A stretch of DNA of 63,834 bases, counting the filler, from Reticulomyxa filosa (lineage: Eukaryota > Protista > Foraminifera): assembly GCA_000512085.1 (NCBI GenBank). It is 19 parts of 19 records of this genome, joined end to end, with 100 filler letters (N's around TTAATTAATTAA, not from the genome) between each part and the next. Parts side by side here need not be neighbours in the genome. Positions count along the whole stretch, not along the records: positions 23,948 to 25,009 come from ASPP01016343.1; positions 25,110 to 26,755 come from ASPP01037870.1; positions 26,856 to 29,154 come from ASPP01038586.1; positions 29,255 to 33,364 come from ASPP01025947.1; positions 33,465 to 35,228 come from ASPP01007473.1; positions 35,329 to 40,435 come from ASPP01019491.1; 13 more parts are not named here. One strand, given 5' to 3'. Of the stretch, positions 24,906 through 38,161 are shown one piece after another. The position numbers and the translations under genes are program-made. Position 1 is the stretch's first letter; each line of letters starts with the position of its first letter. The notes under the pieces were generated by a model. It saw only the letters and a list, made by a program, of their open reading frames with translations, was not told the DNA's origin and ran no database searches.

Positions 24906-25219
24906 GACCGCATCGTAGGAAGATGCCTGTTGAGCGTATTGGCGAAAATTGCTTCAGGCCGCCGCGGCGCGGGCGAATTGCAGCGGCGTGATGCCATAGC
25001 AGCGCTTGANNNNNNNNNNNNNNNNNNNNNNNNNNNNNNNNNNNNNNNNNNNNTTAATTAATTAANNNNNNNNNNNNNNNNNNNNNNNNNNNNNNNNNNN
25101 NNNNNNNNNGTATTTGAAAAACAATAACACTTAACATCGCGTTTCTAAACTTTATTTGGCTCCTTTAGATTGACTTGGAGTCTTTTCAAAAAAAAACTAT
25201 AACTTCATTAAGAAAAGAA

Positions 25220-26720
25220 ATGTTGCATTTGAATGTCGGATGTGAAGAGAAAAAGTTAGAAAATCAAACAAAACCTTTTCCCGTTTCTGGATGCTTCAAG
25301 AAAGTATGGATTTTGTTAATTAACAAACCACAAAAATTAAACTCACTAATTTGCTGCATTTGTAATCAAATTGCAGATAATGCAATGGAATTACATTGTG
25401 ATGAACATAAAAATGTAGATCAAATTTATTTGGTTGGAGAGCAATGCTTACAAAATTATTTAAAAGAGAATAATGAAAAATATCCAATTCAACAACATGG
25501 TCATTGCGAATTTTCGCAAAGTAGAAGTATAAGGAAATTGGTGTATGAGTTATTAGTAATTTGTTCTCGATAATTTAATTTGAAAAAAGGACAACCAAAT
25601 GAAGGGGTAAAATTTGAAGAAGATGAAGGAAATTGCAATTTCAAAGGAAAAATGAAAGATTTGAAAGATCATTTGGATAAATCATACAATTGGATTTCTG
25701 TCAAACAAAGCATTCCATATGAAATTATAAATCAATTGAGTGCGAAAAATGGATAAATTAAAGAAGCATAAAATGTAGTTAAAGATTTACAATTGTAACT
25801 CAAAGATTTGAAAGATAATGACAATGAGAAAGATAAACAAATTGAACAGATTAATATATTCAACTTTATTTTTTGCGATCTATTTTTTAATTTAACTTTC
25901 ACTACTAAGATTTATCAAATAAAATTGTAGAAACAAATGAACTATTTAAAGAATCATTAAAAAAGATCAAGTAATTCAATAAATTGACAATTTAAAACAT
26001 GAATTACAAAAAAGAGATCAAATAATGACTATATTAAAAATGGATAATATTGAATTCAAAAAATTCGAAGCCAAAGTAGAAAATTAAACGACAAATATTC
26101 AACAACTTCAACTTCAAATAAAAACTCAATTTGAAGAAGAACAAAAAAATGAACAAAAGAATAAGACACCACCGAACTCAAATACAATAACAATTGTACT
26201 ATTTTAAACACACCCTTTTTCATACTGAAAAAAAAATCAAACCTTTGAATTTCTTTATGATATTTTTTCTTATTTATTCGACTTTTCATCAATTGCACTG
26301 ATTTATTTGCACAATTGTCGTTCTTACACTTTCGTTCACTCAAAAGCTCTATAATTCAATTTAAAGCTATTTGATGGTTTAGTTACTTCTTAAATTTATA
26401 TCTTAATTAATTATCAAATCAAATTTTCTTGCTAGAAAGTAGAATCTGTTGAATATTCACCATTTATAATAAAGTATAGTATTTGTAATTCAAATGTGAT
26501 GTGCTCTGGATCATTTGATAATACAATTCGTTTTTGGGGTATTCGATCAAATAAGAAGAAATTGTATATGATTAAAGGAGATGATGGAGATGGAGAAATA
26601 ATTTTTTCAAGCTTTATAATTAAAAAAGAATGAAAAGAAGAGAAAAATCAATAGTGATATTGGTTATGGTATTAATTTGTGTTACGGTTCACATGGTTTT
26701 ATCCGTATCTAGGGATGTGA
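25220..26720 (+). pseudogene. Decayed RING-like/TRAF zinc-finger + coiled-coil + WD40 gene
   Basis: CFKKVWILL..LICCICNQIADNAMELHCDEH..LVGEQCLQNYL..QQHGHCEF..LLVICSR* (premature stop), CNFKGKMKDLKDHLD, and a WD40 C-terminal remnant at ~26490-26720. Same layout as 36086-38161. Confidence 0.7.
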
Positions 26721-26855
26721 AGACATCTTGTTGGATGATAAGTATTTTCATTTACNNNNNNNNNNNNNNNNNNNNNNNNNNNNNNNNNNNNNNNNNNNNT
26801 TAATTAATTAANNNNNNNNNNNNNNNNNNNNNNNNNNNNNNNNNNNNNNNNNNNN

Positions 26856-29154
26856 GTGACCATAAACACTTTTTGAACGCACTCCAAGATTCACTCAAAC
26901 ATTGGCTAGATGGTACGGAGAAAAAGAAGGACGCTCCTGAAAATATACCATTTCACTCCAAAGTAATTGAGTTGGTATCTTCTAATGCATTTGCAAAGGC
27001 CAAGCCATTTCACCCATATCTTATAGAAAGCGCGGAAAAAGGGCGTCAAGAATTATGGTTAAACAATAGAAAATGGAAGTCGGAGGAAATTGGAATATAT
27101 TCAAACATCAATTGGGAATTGTGGCCACAAATACTGGAAAAAATCAACAACATTCCGAAAATAGAAGATTTGGATAAAAATGGTGTGAGGCCAGTAAGTA
27201 AAGCACTTTGTCTTAGTTTGAGATACTGCTTCGAATGTCGATTGTGGTTTAAACAAAAGAGCTCTGTGCAACCACAATTGTCCACTTTTTTCAATAAATT
27301 ATTGACACAGCTGATCGCAAAGAACAGACTTCTTTCTATTAGTGTGCACAAATATATAATGAGTTATTGGGAAGACATTAAGGATATTTCTTCTCATTGT
27401 TTAATGGATGTAAAGTCATTAGTACGAGAATTAGAGAAAAATGTGGACGAGTATCGACAATTTTCTGAACTGATTGACATGTTCAAAAAATTCAGAGTTA
27501 TTTGCTTGAAAATGATTTGTCTAACCGATTGAGGGAATTTGGAGAACAGAATAAGAGTTTGCGAAAGCAAAGATTTTTAAAAGTGAAAGAGGATTATAAA
27601 GATGAACTCCAACTATTGAAATCGTATGAACAAAAAATGAAAATTACATTGGAACGGAGTGAAAGTTTAATGTTTAATGAAATTTGGGAAAAGTGCAATG
27701 CACAATGTACATCAATCAGAGATCAGCCACCTCTTTTTATTTTTAACAAAGTATTTAATGATGTGAACCGCACATGGGAAGATTTTAAGCAGGTTCACAG
27801 CATTGCCTTTTTTATTTTGGCATTATTGAAAACAAACATATTTTGCCCTCAATTCAACTTGTGAATGTGTATAGAATCTTCAAAATGAATCCAGTTATAG
27901 AGATTTGAAGCGGATACTCATCAGCTATTCAAAAGATCCAAACGGAATTAAACAGTATTTGATAGATGAAATGAAGCATTTATTTCCAGAGCATAGCGAA
28001 GAACGGAGACAACAAATTGCAAGTGATTTGGAAGAGAAATTGAAAACTGAGATTGATTTGAGAGAGAAATTCCAGCCTTGGATAGAATTAAAGAAAGTGA
28101 CAGAGCAAATGAAAGAGTACCATCCTCGCAAAGATAAAATAAACGAAGATGAGAAATGGAAAGAATGTGTAAAAGTATTGGTACAAATGGAAGAATTAAC
28201 AAGAACAAATGAAGATATTTCGATTGAGCAGATATCCCAATGTTGCAATGCTTGTACTACATATATCGGTGAAGGTGCCAAATCCTGCATGGCCATTGGT
28301 CTTTTTGATGTCTTGAATCGTTGCAAAGATCAATTAAAAATATTGGCAGAAAATCAAAACTTCAATGATGAAACACACTTTGAGAACACATTAAATGTAT
28401 TAAGTAAAAGTAAACATCAAGACATTCAGGATTTAGTCACTTCCTTGAGACATGTGAATTCCACAATGCAAGAGACATTGTGGAAATGTCCATTAGAAGA
28501 TATGACTAGCTTGGCCAAGGCCATATTGAAATTGTATTCCAATGGTCAAGAATTTGTCAAAAAGATAAAAAAATGTTGTGATATGGACTTGAATACAATT
28601 TCTACTTTGGTCAAGGAAGCAGACAAACTTCGAACTGAAGAAAGTTTGAAACAATTGAAAAATGCAATGGGCGCTGGAGAATGGCAATTTGCAAGTTGTG
28701 AGGATGTATTGAAAGGAAAGAAAGAAAAACAACTGAATTTGAAAATTAATGATACCGTTTGGAGTTATGAGGAAATTGGAGAAAGTATTGATCGTGTATT
28801 GCTTGGAGTGGAAAAACAAGAGTTGAAAGAGATTGAATCTATCATCCAACAATTTGAAGGGTGCAAGGAGATTAGTTCATATCAAATTGCATTTTGGAAA
28901 AAGGGAGGAAGAATTGATATTGAAAATAATGAAAAAGGGGGAATTCAGAATGATGACAAGCCATTGAAATTACCTGTGCATTCGAAAATAGATGAGTTTG
29001 AAGATTGCAAAAAACTTTGGAAACAAAGATCAATGGAATGGAAAAAACAATGTTTCGAATTACGAGAAAAATTTCCAGCACTTAATTATTTCTGTTTCAA
29101 TCAAGTGCATTTTTTAATCCAAAAAATCAATCAATTGAATATGCCCAACTGTCC
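26856..29154 (+). CDS. Fragment of a very large helical protein, probably RNF213/mysterin-like (both ends missing)
   Basis: About 750 codons open across ORFs 26873, 27502 and 27905 (one frameshift in poly-A at ~27490, intron ~27793-27873). It ends in WKKQCFELREKFPALNYFCFNQVHFL, resembling the W..R...Y.LN.F...Q...L motif that precedes the AAA+ core of RNF213-type proteins. Confidence 0.55.
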
Positions 29155-30643
29155 NNNNNNNNNNNNNNNNNNNNNNNNNNNNNNNNNNNNNNNNNNNNTT
29201 AATTAATTAANNNNNNNNNNNNNNNNNNNNNNNNNNNNNNNNNNNNNNNNNNNNAACAAATAACATTAATAAGATTACGAACTATCATATTTGTGCAAAA
29301 AGTATGTCTGAAGACAAAATAAGCAAAATACTTTTTTGTCACCAAAGACATCGTCTGAAATATCGAAAATTCAACATTTAATGCAATTTTTTTAAAGAAA
29401 ATTTACAAATATAATTTTGCTTTTAATAATATTTCCCAAACTTTTTCAAAAATTGAATATTCGTTTGATTTTGTAATTATTGGCTACAATGTTACTTTCA
29501 ATATTTGACAACTAATCACAAGTGATACATTATCCTTAAAATAATGAAAAATCTTTTCAATTTCCATGTGATATTTTTGAAAATTTTTTACCTAATTCTG
29601 TTTTGTATTATTTTGTTTTTTCTAAAAAAATTGTTCAAGCTAAAGGTTTGATCTGCATCTGCTCCTCCTTTCTCAGCAGTGCCATACTTTACTTGTATTG
29701 ATTGAATAAAAATTCTCCATATGCTATATCCTAATTGACACTTACACTTGCAACAAAATAACCTCGATTGTAGGAGAGTACTATTTGTTTTTGTGATATT
29801 ATTTTCATTGAATAGAATAGGCAAAGCAAGTTTATATGTTTTCTTTTCGTATTGAATGCTTGTGCTTAGAAAATTCCTTCCACCAAAGAATAAGATGGTC
29901 ACTATTTTTTGTTGTTATTCATCTTTTTCGCATCTTACACTTTGTGTATAGAATTTTTCTGCCAACGATAAGGCACTATTTTTGCGTTTCAACAAAGTAG
30001 TCCTAATTGTGTCATATTTTTCATCACATCTTGTTTGCCATTTTGCTGAACGAAAGCATCCATTGTCTTCAAACCAATCTTCGTGGGAAAATCAAAACAA
30101 AATTTGCTTTATGAAAATTTATTCTAGTAATTTTTCTCAAAAATCAATTTATCTTAAAAGATGTTGATGTTTAAATAATATCAAAAGTATAACATAAATT
30201 GGACTTTATAAAATTTCTATTTGAAAGAATAATGCAATTAACAAAAAAATTATATATATTTTCAAAAGATTGTGAAAGAAATGCTGATTTTTCAACAATA
30301 CTTTGTCATGAATGTATATAATCAATAATCATTTTTTAAATATTATTTTTAGTTACTTTAAAAGTAAATTAATTATATCATAGAAAATTTTAATAAAGCA
30401 AAAGAAATAATGACAATTTTTTTAAGTTCAAAAAATTCATTTTTTTAAATAAATTTTCACTCATTTTTTAAATTAGTTCTGATGCAAGAAAGAAAAAACT
30501 AACTCAAGGTTTATTTAAATGAACTGATCTCCACATGTCTTTGCTAGCCGCATAACTAAAAATCTTTTGTTGGCTATTCGCAATATTTTTTCTTTTGACT
30601 GAGCTAAAGAAAATCAAAACCTCTTAGAGAGCCAAAAACCAGT

Positions 30644-31992
30644 GTGTACGACAGTTTGTTGGAAAGCGATGTTGCAGCATGGACACATAACAGCATGTAT
30701 GAAACATCAAACGATGAGCAAAAGAAGAGTTTTGAAAAGGCAGAGTCTGTAATAAGTTTTTCAAGAGCATCGTCATTAGGCGATCTATTACAAATCTATG
30801 ACCACAAGTCAACCCGACAATATATGGCCGGTTTACTAGCAATGGGAATTTCATGCATACTCAACGCTGTTGCGAACATGATCGTGCAATATGCACATAA
30901 ATATGGTTTCGAAAGTACAGAAATACTATTTGCCCGTGGCGTGACAACAACTGTGATGTTATTTTTATTTGATGTTTGTAATCACTTTATCTTTGGCGTG
31001 GATTTGGAATTGCCACACCTGTTCGTCCCGGCGTGGAAGTATCCGTTTTGGAGATCGTTGAGATGGATATTATTAAGCGGAGTTTTTTCGGGGTCAAGTA
31101 TAATGTGTTATTATTACGCATTGACCAAGCTTTCATTAGGTGTTTATTTTTTTGAATAGAAAGATCTTTTCAAAAAAAAAAAAGGTGTATATTTAAGTTT
31201 GTATACGTAAAGGATTTTTTTTTTTACGTGTTTGTTCACACCTTTCGTTCCCCCCTTTTTTTTTTCCCTCCGTGATCGGTCTCATTACTTTACGTTTCGG
31301 AAAAAAAAATAAAAGGTAACGCTGTATGTGTATATTGCACATATCCCGTGTTCAGTTTTATGGTCGGCTATTTGTTTAATAACGAACCTCTGTACCCACG
31401 TCACATTTCGGCAACGATCATTGTGCTATTGGGTGTGATGTTAGTGGCGGAGCCTTCGTTCATATTTGGGTCGAGTCTGACAGATAAAACAGAACAACCA
31501 ATATTCGGCTACGTAGTCGCATTGATGGGAGCTGTGTTGATGGCTTGCAAAATGGTGGCAGTTCGAAAATTGCATCACGAAAAAGAAGTATTGCTGATCT
31601 GTCTGTATTCACAGGCCATTATCGGCACTTTATTGCATGGTTTTGTATTCTCATATATCATTTATCAAAACTTTTTTCAAAATCTCAGTTCTCGTGTTTC
31701 TGCGGAACATCGACAATTGGCATGGGTTATCTTATGGACTGTCGGACTTCTGACTATTTGGGTCAACTTTGGCATCAATTTTGCATTACGACGGATCGTT
31801 GCTGGAGAAGCTGCACTTATTGGGTCCACCGAAGTCGGATACGCTTATTTATTGCAATTCATTATTTTGGAACAATCCAACAGTCCTTTGGAAAGTTCTG
31901 GAGTGGCTATGATGATGATAAGTCTAGTCGCATTGGCTTGCTACAATATTTATCTGCAAAGAGTCAAAAAAATTGAGTGTGACAGTCACTGA
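30644..31992 (+). CDS. EamA/DMT-family transporter (SLC35G-like), 2 exons
   Basis: STEILFARG, CYYYALTKLSLG|NAVCVYCTYPVFSFMVGYLFNNEP, LLGVMLVAEPSFIFG and ALRRIVAGEAALIGSTEVGYAYLLQFIILEQ form two EamA repeats. Confidence 0.85.
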
Positions 31993-32296
31993 TTTTTGTT
32001 TGCTTTTTTTTTTGTATTTACCAAGTTTACTTTTTTGCTTTGACGTGTTCATTTTGTCTATTGCAAATAAATAAATTAAATTAAACATTAATATATTGAC
32101 AATCGTGTTTTTTTTTTTTGTGTTGTGTCGACACTTTTGGCATAATCTTTTTAAGTTGAATTCGAAAATGTGTAATTTTTTTGGTCTGATAATCGAAATA
32201 ATACTTTTTATGAAAAAATACTACGTACCAATTTTATTAGTTTCTTTTATTGGAAACAGGAAAAATTTTTCGTTCTTGTGAACCAATTTTGTTCAG

Positions 32297-33364
32297 ATGT
32301 TTGACATGTCATCATTCTCGCTTCCTTCATTTTCTTCAACATGGGAAGTTGTGACGTCTCGTCGCTTTCTTGTCTGGAGTTTAGCGTCAGTGATGACGAT
32401 TGTAATTTCAAGTAAAATACTAAATCACTGCAAGTATCACGTAAACACGAATTGCGATAAAACGAACTGCACAATGAAAAAATTGACATGGCACATATTT
32501 GAATATATAAATCAAATGAGAAAAGAGCAACGAATGCGTTGTCGTCCGGAACGCATAATATTAATACGTCACGGAGAATCTGAAGGCAATCAAAATGCAG
32601 CTTTGTACTCTCAAGTACCCGATCATAAAATACAATTGACAGAGAAGGGAAAAAAACAGGCAAAAGAACTCGGTCGAAAGTTGAAGAACTTGATAGGAAA
32701 TGAACATTTGTATTTTTACTATTCACCCTTCTTACGATGCAAACAAACCACTGAGTATATTTGTCAAGGAATCGAAGATTTAGTTGAGTCAATGGATGAT
32801 GCAATACCAGTATTCACAAGAGAGCGAAGTGTCCCGAACTTTCCTTCAGTTTTTTTTACCTCATTTATATCATTCTCTGTGATCATAAAAATATATAAAA
32901 CAACAATAATAATAATAATAAAAAAAAAGGATGAAAGCAAGGAACAAATCAAAGATGAAAATGATCCATTGCAATCAATTAATTATCATCGACAACAATC
33001 AAATGGACAAATAGTTGCGTTGGTCGAAGATCCAAGATTACGAGAACAAGAATGGGGAAACTTACAAGTGATTGATAAAACAGGAGAAATGAAAAAGCTA
33101 CGTAATATGGTTGGTCGATTCTATTTTCGTTTTCCAACAGGTCCTGTTTTTTTTTTTGCTATTTCTCAATCTTTTTCTTTGACTCTAAAGTCATATATAA
33201 AAAAATAGGCGAAGCTGGTAGTGACGTCTTTGATCGAGTTAGCAATTTTTTACAGTCATTATATCGAAATTTTTCAGATGGACCTTTTGGTAATAAACCA
33301 GATATCAAATGGAATGTAGTAATCGTTTCGCACGGTCTGTTTATGAGACTTTTTTTACATCGCT
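32297..33364 (+). CDS. Histidine phosphatase / phosphoglycerate mutase-like protein (AT74/DET1-like), 3'-partial
   Basis: RPERIILIRHGESEGN (RHG motif), YSQVPDHKIQLTEKG, YYSPFLRCKQT, EDPRLREQEWGNLQ, GRFYFRFPTG|EAGSDVFDRV, VIVSHGLFMR. Confidence 0.9.
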
Positions 33365-33501
33365 NNNNNNNNNNNNNNNNNNNNNNNNNNNNNNNNNNNN
33401 NNNNNNNNTTAATTAATTAANNNNNNNNNNNNNNNNNNNNNNNNNNNNNNNNNNNNNNNNNNNNTATACATATATATGTATATGTAATGTATTTTTTTTT
33501 T

Positions 33502-35228
33502 TTAGACAAAAGCACAAAGCTGTGTCGAAAAGTTTGTGAGACTTACAATTGCCGGCTTCTTTTCACTACTCGCGTGTTTGGCACTATTGTTTTTGGCTCT
33601 GGACTTTTTTGTGGCGCTTTTGTTGGGCTGCGCAGTTGTCGTCGCCGTCGTGGCAGAGCTCGTCGTCGCCAGATTGTCGTTACCGTCATTGCCAGATGCA
33701 GCTGCTGTTGCTTGCTTTCCTTTGCGTTTCCTTGCGATTTTCTTTCCAAAGGGACCCACAAATCCTCCGACTCCTCCTTCTTTTTCTGGTGAATTCTTGT
33801 ATGTTTGTAATTCAATTATCATTATTATGTATTAATTATCATTATTATGTATTAGTTATTATTATTATTATTATTATTGCCAACACATGACAATATAAAC
33901 ATGTATGTATTGTGTATACGTATAAAAGTAACTGGTGAATGAGAATTTGTATTGTGTGCAAAAAAGTTATTGGTGGAGCGCAATTTGACAATGCGTCGAT
34001 TTTTCATGACATTGGAAGAGGAGGAAGAGGAGGTAGAGGCACGAGGAGACATGATGGAGGAATGAGGATCGAGAAGGAATTTGTGTGTGACACTTCGTCG
34101 ACGCGGAGTTTCGGGGACGATATTTGTCGGATCTTCTGCGTTGGACGTTTTGGCGTCGTCATTCGCCCCGCTCGCGAGTGCGGTGGTGGTGACTTGATCG
34201 GAGTCGATGCCGAGTCCTTTGTGCTTCAGCGACTCGGCTTTGGTAAAAGAGCCCATCGACAACGACGGAGGAGCATTATTATCCACAGTGACTGAAATAG
34301 GCGCAAGGCCAGAGGTTAGCGATGTAGTGGTTACTGCTGTTGTTGTTGTTGTTGTTGCTGTTGTTGCTGTTGTTGCTGTTGTTGTTGTTGTTGTTATTGT
34401 TGCTGTTGTTGTTGCTGTTGTTGTTGCTGTTGTTGTCGTTGTTATCGTGACACCGGTACTACCATTCGTATTACTGCCAGTTGTTGCCATTGCAGTGGTC
34501 GCACCAGAAGGACCGGCGAACATGGACGTAGATGAAACAGCAGGATCTGCAGCTGCGCTGGTCGTGGCCGTGGAGCCATTTGCAGAGTGCAGAGGCGGAC
34601 TGGAGGTCGGAGAAGGGGATAACTGGAACGTGACTTTCTTCGCTTGATGGTTGTCGATGTGAGACTCCATTTGCAGTTTGGAGTGCTGCTTGGTGGCCAG
34701 CATCTGCAACTCTCTTAAATGCGGCACAAGTTGTTCGGTCAGGGACACTTTGCGCTTGTGTTTCGTGTCGTCCGTCTTAACTCCTGTCGTCGCAGAACTT
34801 GTCTTTTCTGTCTCCGCGTGTTGGTGCTCCTTGTCCTTTTGATCTTTTTCTTCGTGTTTCACGTCCAATATATTTTCGATTGGAACCGATTGATAATGCA
34901 CAATCCTTCAAAAGAACATCACATACATGTATATGTATATATATATATATATATATTTGATTTGTTTAATTGTTATCAATCATACTTTGGCGCTTTGATA
35001 ATAATCTCATGTTCCTTTCCCTTTCCCTTTCCCTTTGGCTCTTCTTCATCGTCATCGTCATCATCACTATCGTTTTCAGTGATTAAAGACATGAGCCCCC
35101 ATTCTTCGATTTTCTCGAGTTCGGGCACTTTGGACGCCCTTCGAGAGAGCATTGGTTTGTTCAGGTCCAGGACAAAGTGGTCGATCATTTGCTTGACATC
35201 CTTGGGATTATTATTGTTGTTGTTGTTG
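33502..35228 (-). CDS. Hypothetical protein fragment dominated by Thr/Ser/Ala low-complexity regions (multi-exon, partial)
   Basis: Minus-strand ORFs 34976-35188, 33852-34901 and 33502-33822 separated by microsatellite introns. No recognisable domain. Confidence 0.55.
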
Positions 35229-35328
35229 NNNNNNNNNNNNNNNNNNNNNNNNNNNNNNNNNNNNNNNNNNNNTTAATTAATTAANNNNNNNNNNNNNNNN
35301 NNNNNNNNNNNNNNNNNNNNNNNNNNNN

Positions 35329-35490
35329 TCTTGTTCAAATGATAAAACAATTCGTCTTTGGGATGTAAAAACAGGAAATGAAATACAGCTATTGGAACAT
35401 CCTGACATGGTATCATGTTTGGATGTTTCATCAGATGGCAGTAAAATTGTATCAGGCTCTTGCGACAGTATAATTCGGATTTGGAAATGA
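35329..35490 (+). CDS. WD40-repeat C-terminal fragment
   Basis: SCSNDKTIRLWDVKTGNEIQLLEHPDMVSCLDVSSDGSKIVSGSCDSIIRIWK*. Confidence 0.7.
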   Translation, partial: SCSNDKTIRLWDVKTGNEIQLLEHPDMVSCLDVSSDGSKIVSGSCDSIIRIWK

Positions 35491-36085
35491 TACAACTTAC
35501 AAAAAAAAAAAAAAAATAAATTGGCCATATGCAGTTCAATACTTTTTATCAGTCTTGAGCTTTTTTAGATAAGAATCGACCGCATAGAAACAATTTGCAT
35601 TTTTAATTTTTTTTGAGTTTCATCAATTCCACCATTATTTGAATATGCAACATTTGTGTTCCATTGTGGAATTCAGGTCGTTTTTTACTTTTGATATGGT
35701 CCCAGTTTCGCATTCCGTAATTTCGAAATATTTTTATTTGAACATTTATTGAATATACACTAAAAAAAAAAGGATACCTCAACAATTTTGTCTCCATAAA
35801 ACTTAATTATCCTAATTAAGAGCGAATATGCTCATAAATGTTAATAGAGAAAGCTTGTCAATTGTAATATTGCAGTCTCCAGTAATATTTACCTCCTTTG
35901 TCGTGTGTTTCATAGAGAAAACAATTTAATTTTCAATAAATTGAAGTGTTGAGTTTGAGATAGGGAAAAAACGAAATAATTTTGTTTTCAATGTAATCAG
36001 TTCAAATTCAAAAAATATTACAAAATATTAATTTAAAAAAAGGTAAGAAGACAAAAAAATAATATTAAATACAGTTTCATCTATA

Positions 36086-38161
36086 TTATTCCCAAGCAAA
36101 AACTAAACCTTCGAATGAACCATAACACAAATTAAGCTTATGATCTTTGCTTTTTGCCTTTTTTTTCTTTTTCAATGGTAAGAATGTGAGGCAATATATA
36201 CCACTGCCACTTGCATCGATTACATGAAGTTCTTTATCTGATCGAATATCCCAAAAACGGATTGTACTATCAGACGAACCAGAGCATATTACATTTCCAC
36301 TACCACCAACTTCACTGTCATTTACTACAAATGGTGAATATTCAACGACGTTCACATCACTTGTATGGCCATCAAATATTTGAATTTTTTGATTGGATCG
36401 AATATCCCATAAACGAACACTACAATCACTTGATCCAGATAATATTGTGTTTGCACCACCAATTATTCCTAATTCATTTGATCCATATTTTACACTGTTT
36501 ATCGATTGTTCATGCCCTTCGAATACGATTGACTGTTTGGACGTTTCAATATCCCATATACGAATGGTATTATCATACGATCCAGAACAAATTGTATATC
36601 CATTACCACCAATCACACCCATGTTATTGCCTTTATTATTATCATTGTTGTTATAGCTTTGTAATGGCGAAAACTCAACACAGCAAACGCCACTTGTATG
36701 TCCATTGAAAACATGTAATGATTTGGATGTTTCAACATCCCATAAGCAAATAGTTCTGTCACCAGATCCAGAACACAAATATCGACCACAATTAAATCGT
36801 GAAAATCCAAAATTATAAATACGACCAGTATGACCATTAAGTTTTCGTAATTGTTTTTTTGTTTTGATATTCCAAAAACAAATTGTTTTGTTTATTGATG
36901 AGCAAATGGCTGTGCGATAATGATTATAGTAATGATATGACGAAAATTTTACACAGTCTATTGGAGTCGAACATTCACTGAAACTTTGAATTTGTGTAGT
37001 ATTTTCTACGTCCCATACACGGAACGTGTTATCATCTGATCCAGAACAAATGAATTGACCATTATTAAATGCTGAGCAATCAATACTGTTCACACAATCC
37101 GTATGGTCCTTTGAATGTTTGATATGATTTGGATGATAAACGCAAGTTATCAAAATTAAAATTCCACAATTGCTTCTTCTTCTTCTTTTTCTTGCACTTC
37201 AATAATATATCTTCGTCAACTTTGTTATTACTTTTTTCTAAATTTCTTTTCATTTCCTTGTACTTTTCCAATGTTTCGTCTTTCAATTTTATTTTTTGTT
37301 TCAAATTTTCAATTTTGTTCATAAGTATTCCCTATTGGAATATTATTTATTTATTATTGTAAAATGCACTTATGGAAAAAAGGAACATACTTGATAGCTT
37401 TTTTAAATCGGTAATTCTTTGTTCTAACATAGCATTATCATTAAGTTTCTTCAAAACTTCTTCACACAGTTTTTTATTATTTAATTCTATCTCTTCCTAT
37501 TTTTTTTTATTTTTGTTTGTTTGTTTGTTTGTTTGTTTGTTTGATAAGAAAAAAAAATGCACGTAACATGTTGTCGTCGAATGATTTCTTGCATAGATAA
37601 AATCTTCTTCATTACTAAATCAAAATGATATTTCATCTCCGAAATTAAGTGATTTTTCAAATCTTTTTTAATGCATAAATGATCACATCCAAATTGTTTA
37701 AACCAACACACTGACATTTGTAAAGAGCACAGATGCTCTTTGAAATCTTTTATTTTTCCTTTGAAATTACATATCGTTGTCATGCTTTCATGTTGAAATT
37801 GGTTTGGACATGCAACTTTTAAATCATCGATTTGCAGTTTTAGTGTTTTCCATTCATGATATTGACAACCATCATGAGGTTGTGCTGGGCATGTGTTATT
37901 GTTATTAAGAAGAAATTGTTTTAAACAATCTTTTCCTGCAATTAATGTCTTATCAATGTCTTTATGTTGAGCGCAATTAATTTCGACTGGATTGTTCGCA
38001 ACTTGCTTGCAAATTAAACAAATTAAATGGCAAATTTGTTCTTCTTGATTCAGTTGCAAAAGCCAGTTCTTGTTAAAACATGACTGTGGATCAACAGAAA
38101 CTGGAGCCACTCCGATTTGAAATTCTTCTTCCAGTTTTTCATTCTCAACTTTATTCATCAT
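36086..38161 (-). CDS. RING-like/TRAF zinc-finger + coiled-coil + WD40 propeller protein (frameshift near 37130)
   Basis: LICLICKQVANNPVEINCAQH..AGKDCLKQFL..CPAQPHDGC, CNFKGKIKDFKEHLC and CWFKQFGCDHLC..LKNHL (TRAF-type Zn fingers). A coiled-coil exon follows, then 7 WD repeats (GH...SGSxDxTIRxWD). Confidence 0.85.

Noticed and set aside
24151-25061. Multiple overlapping Arg/Ala/Pro-rich ORFs
   Set aside because: Stop-poor shadow frames of GC-rich DNA. alaX explains the region.
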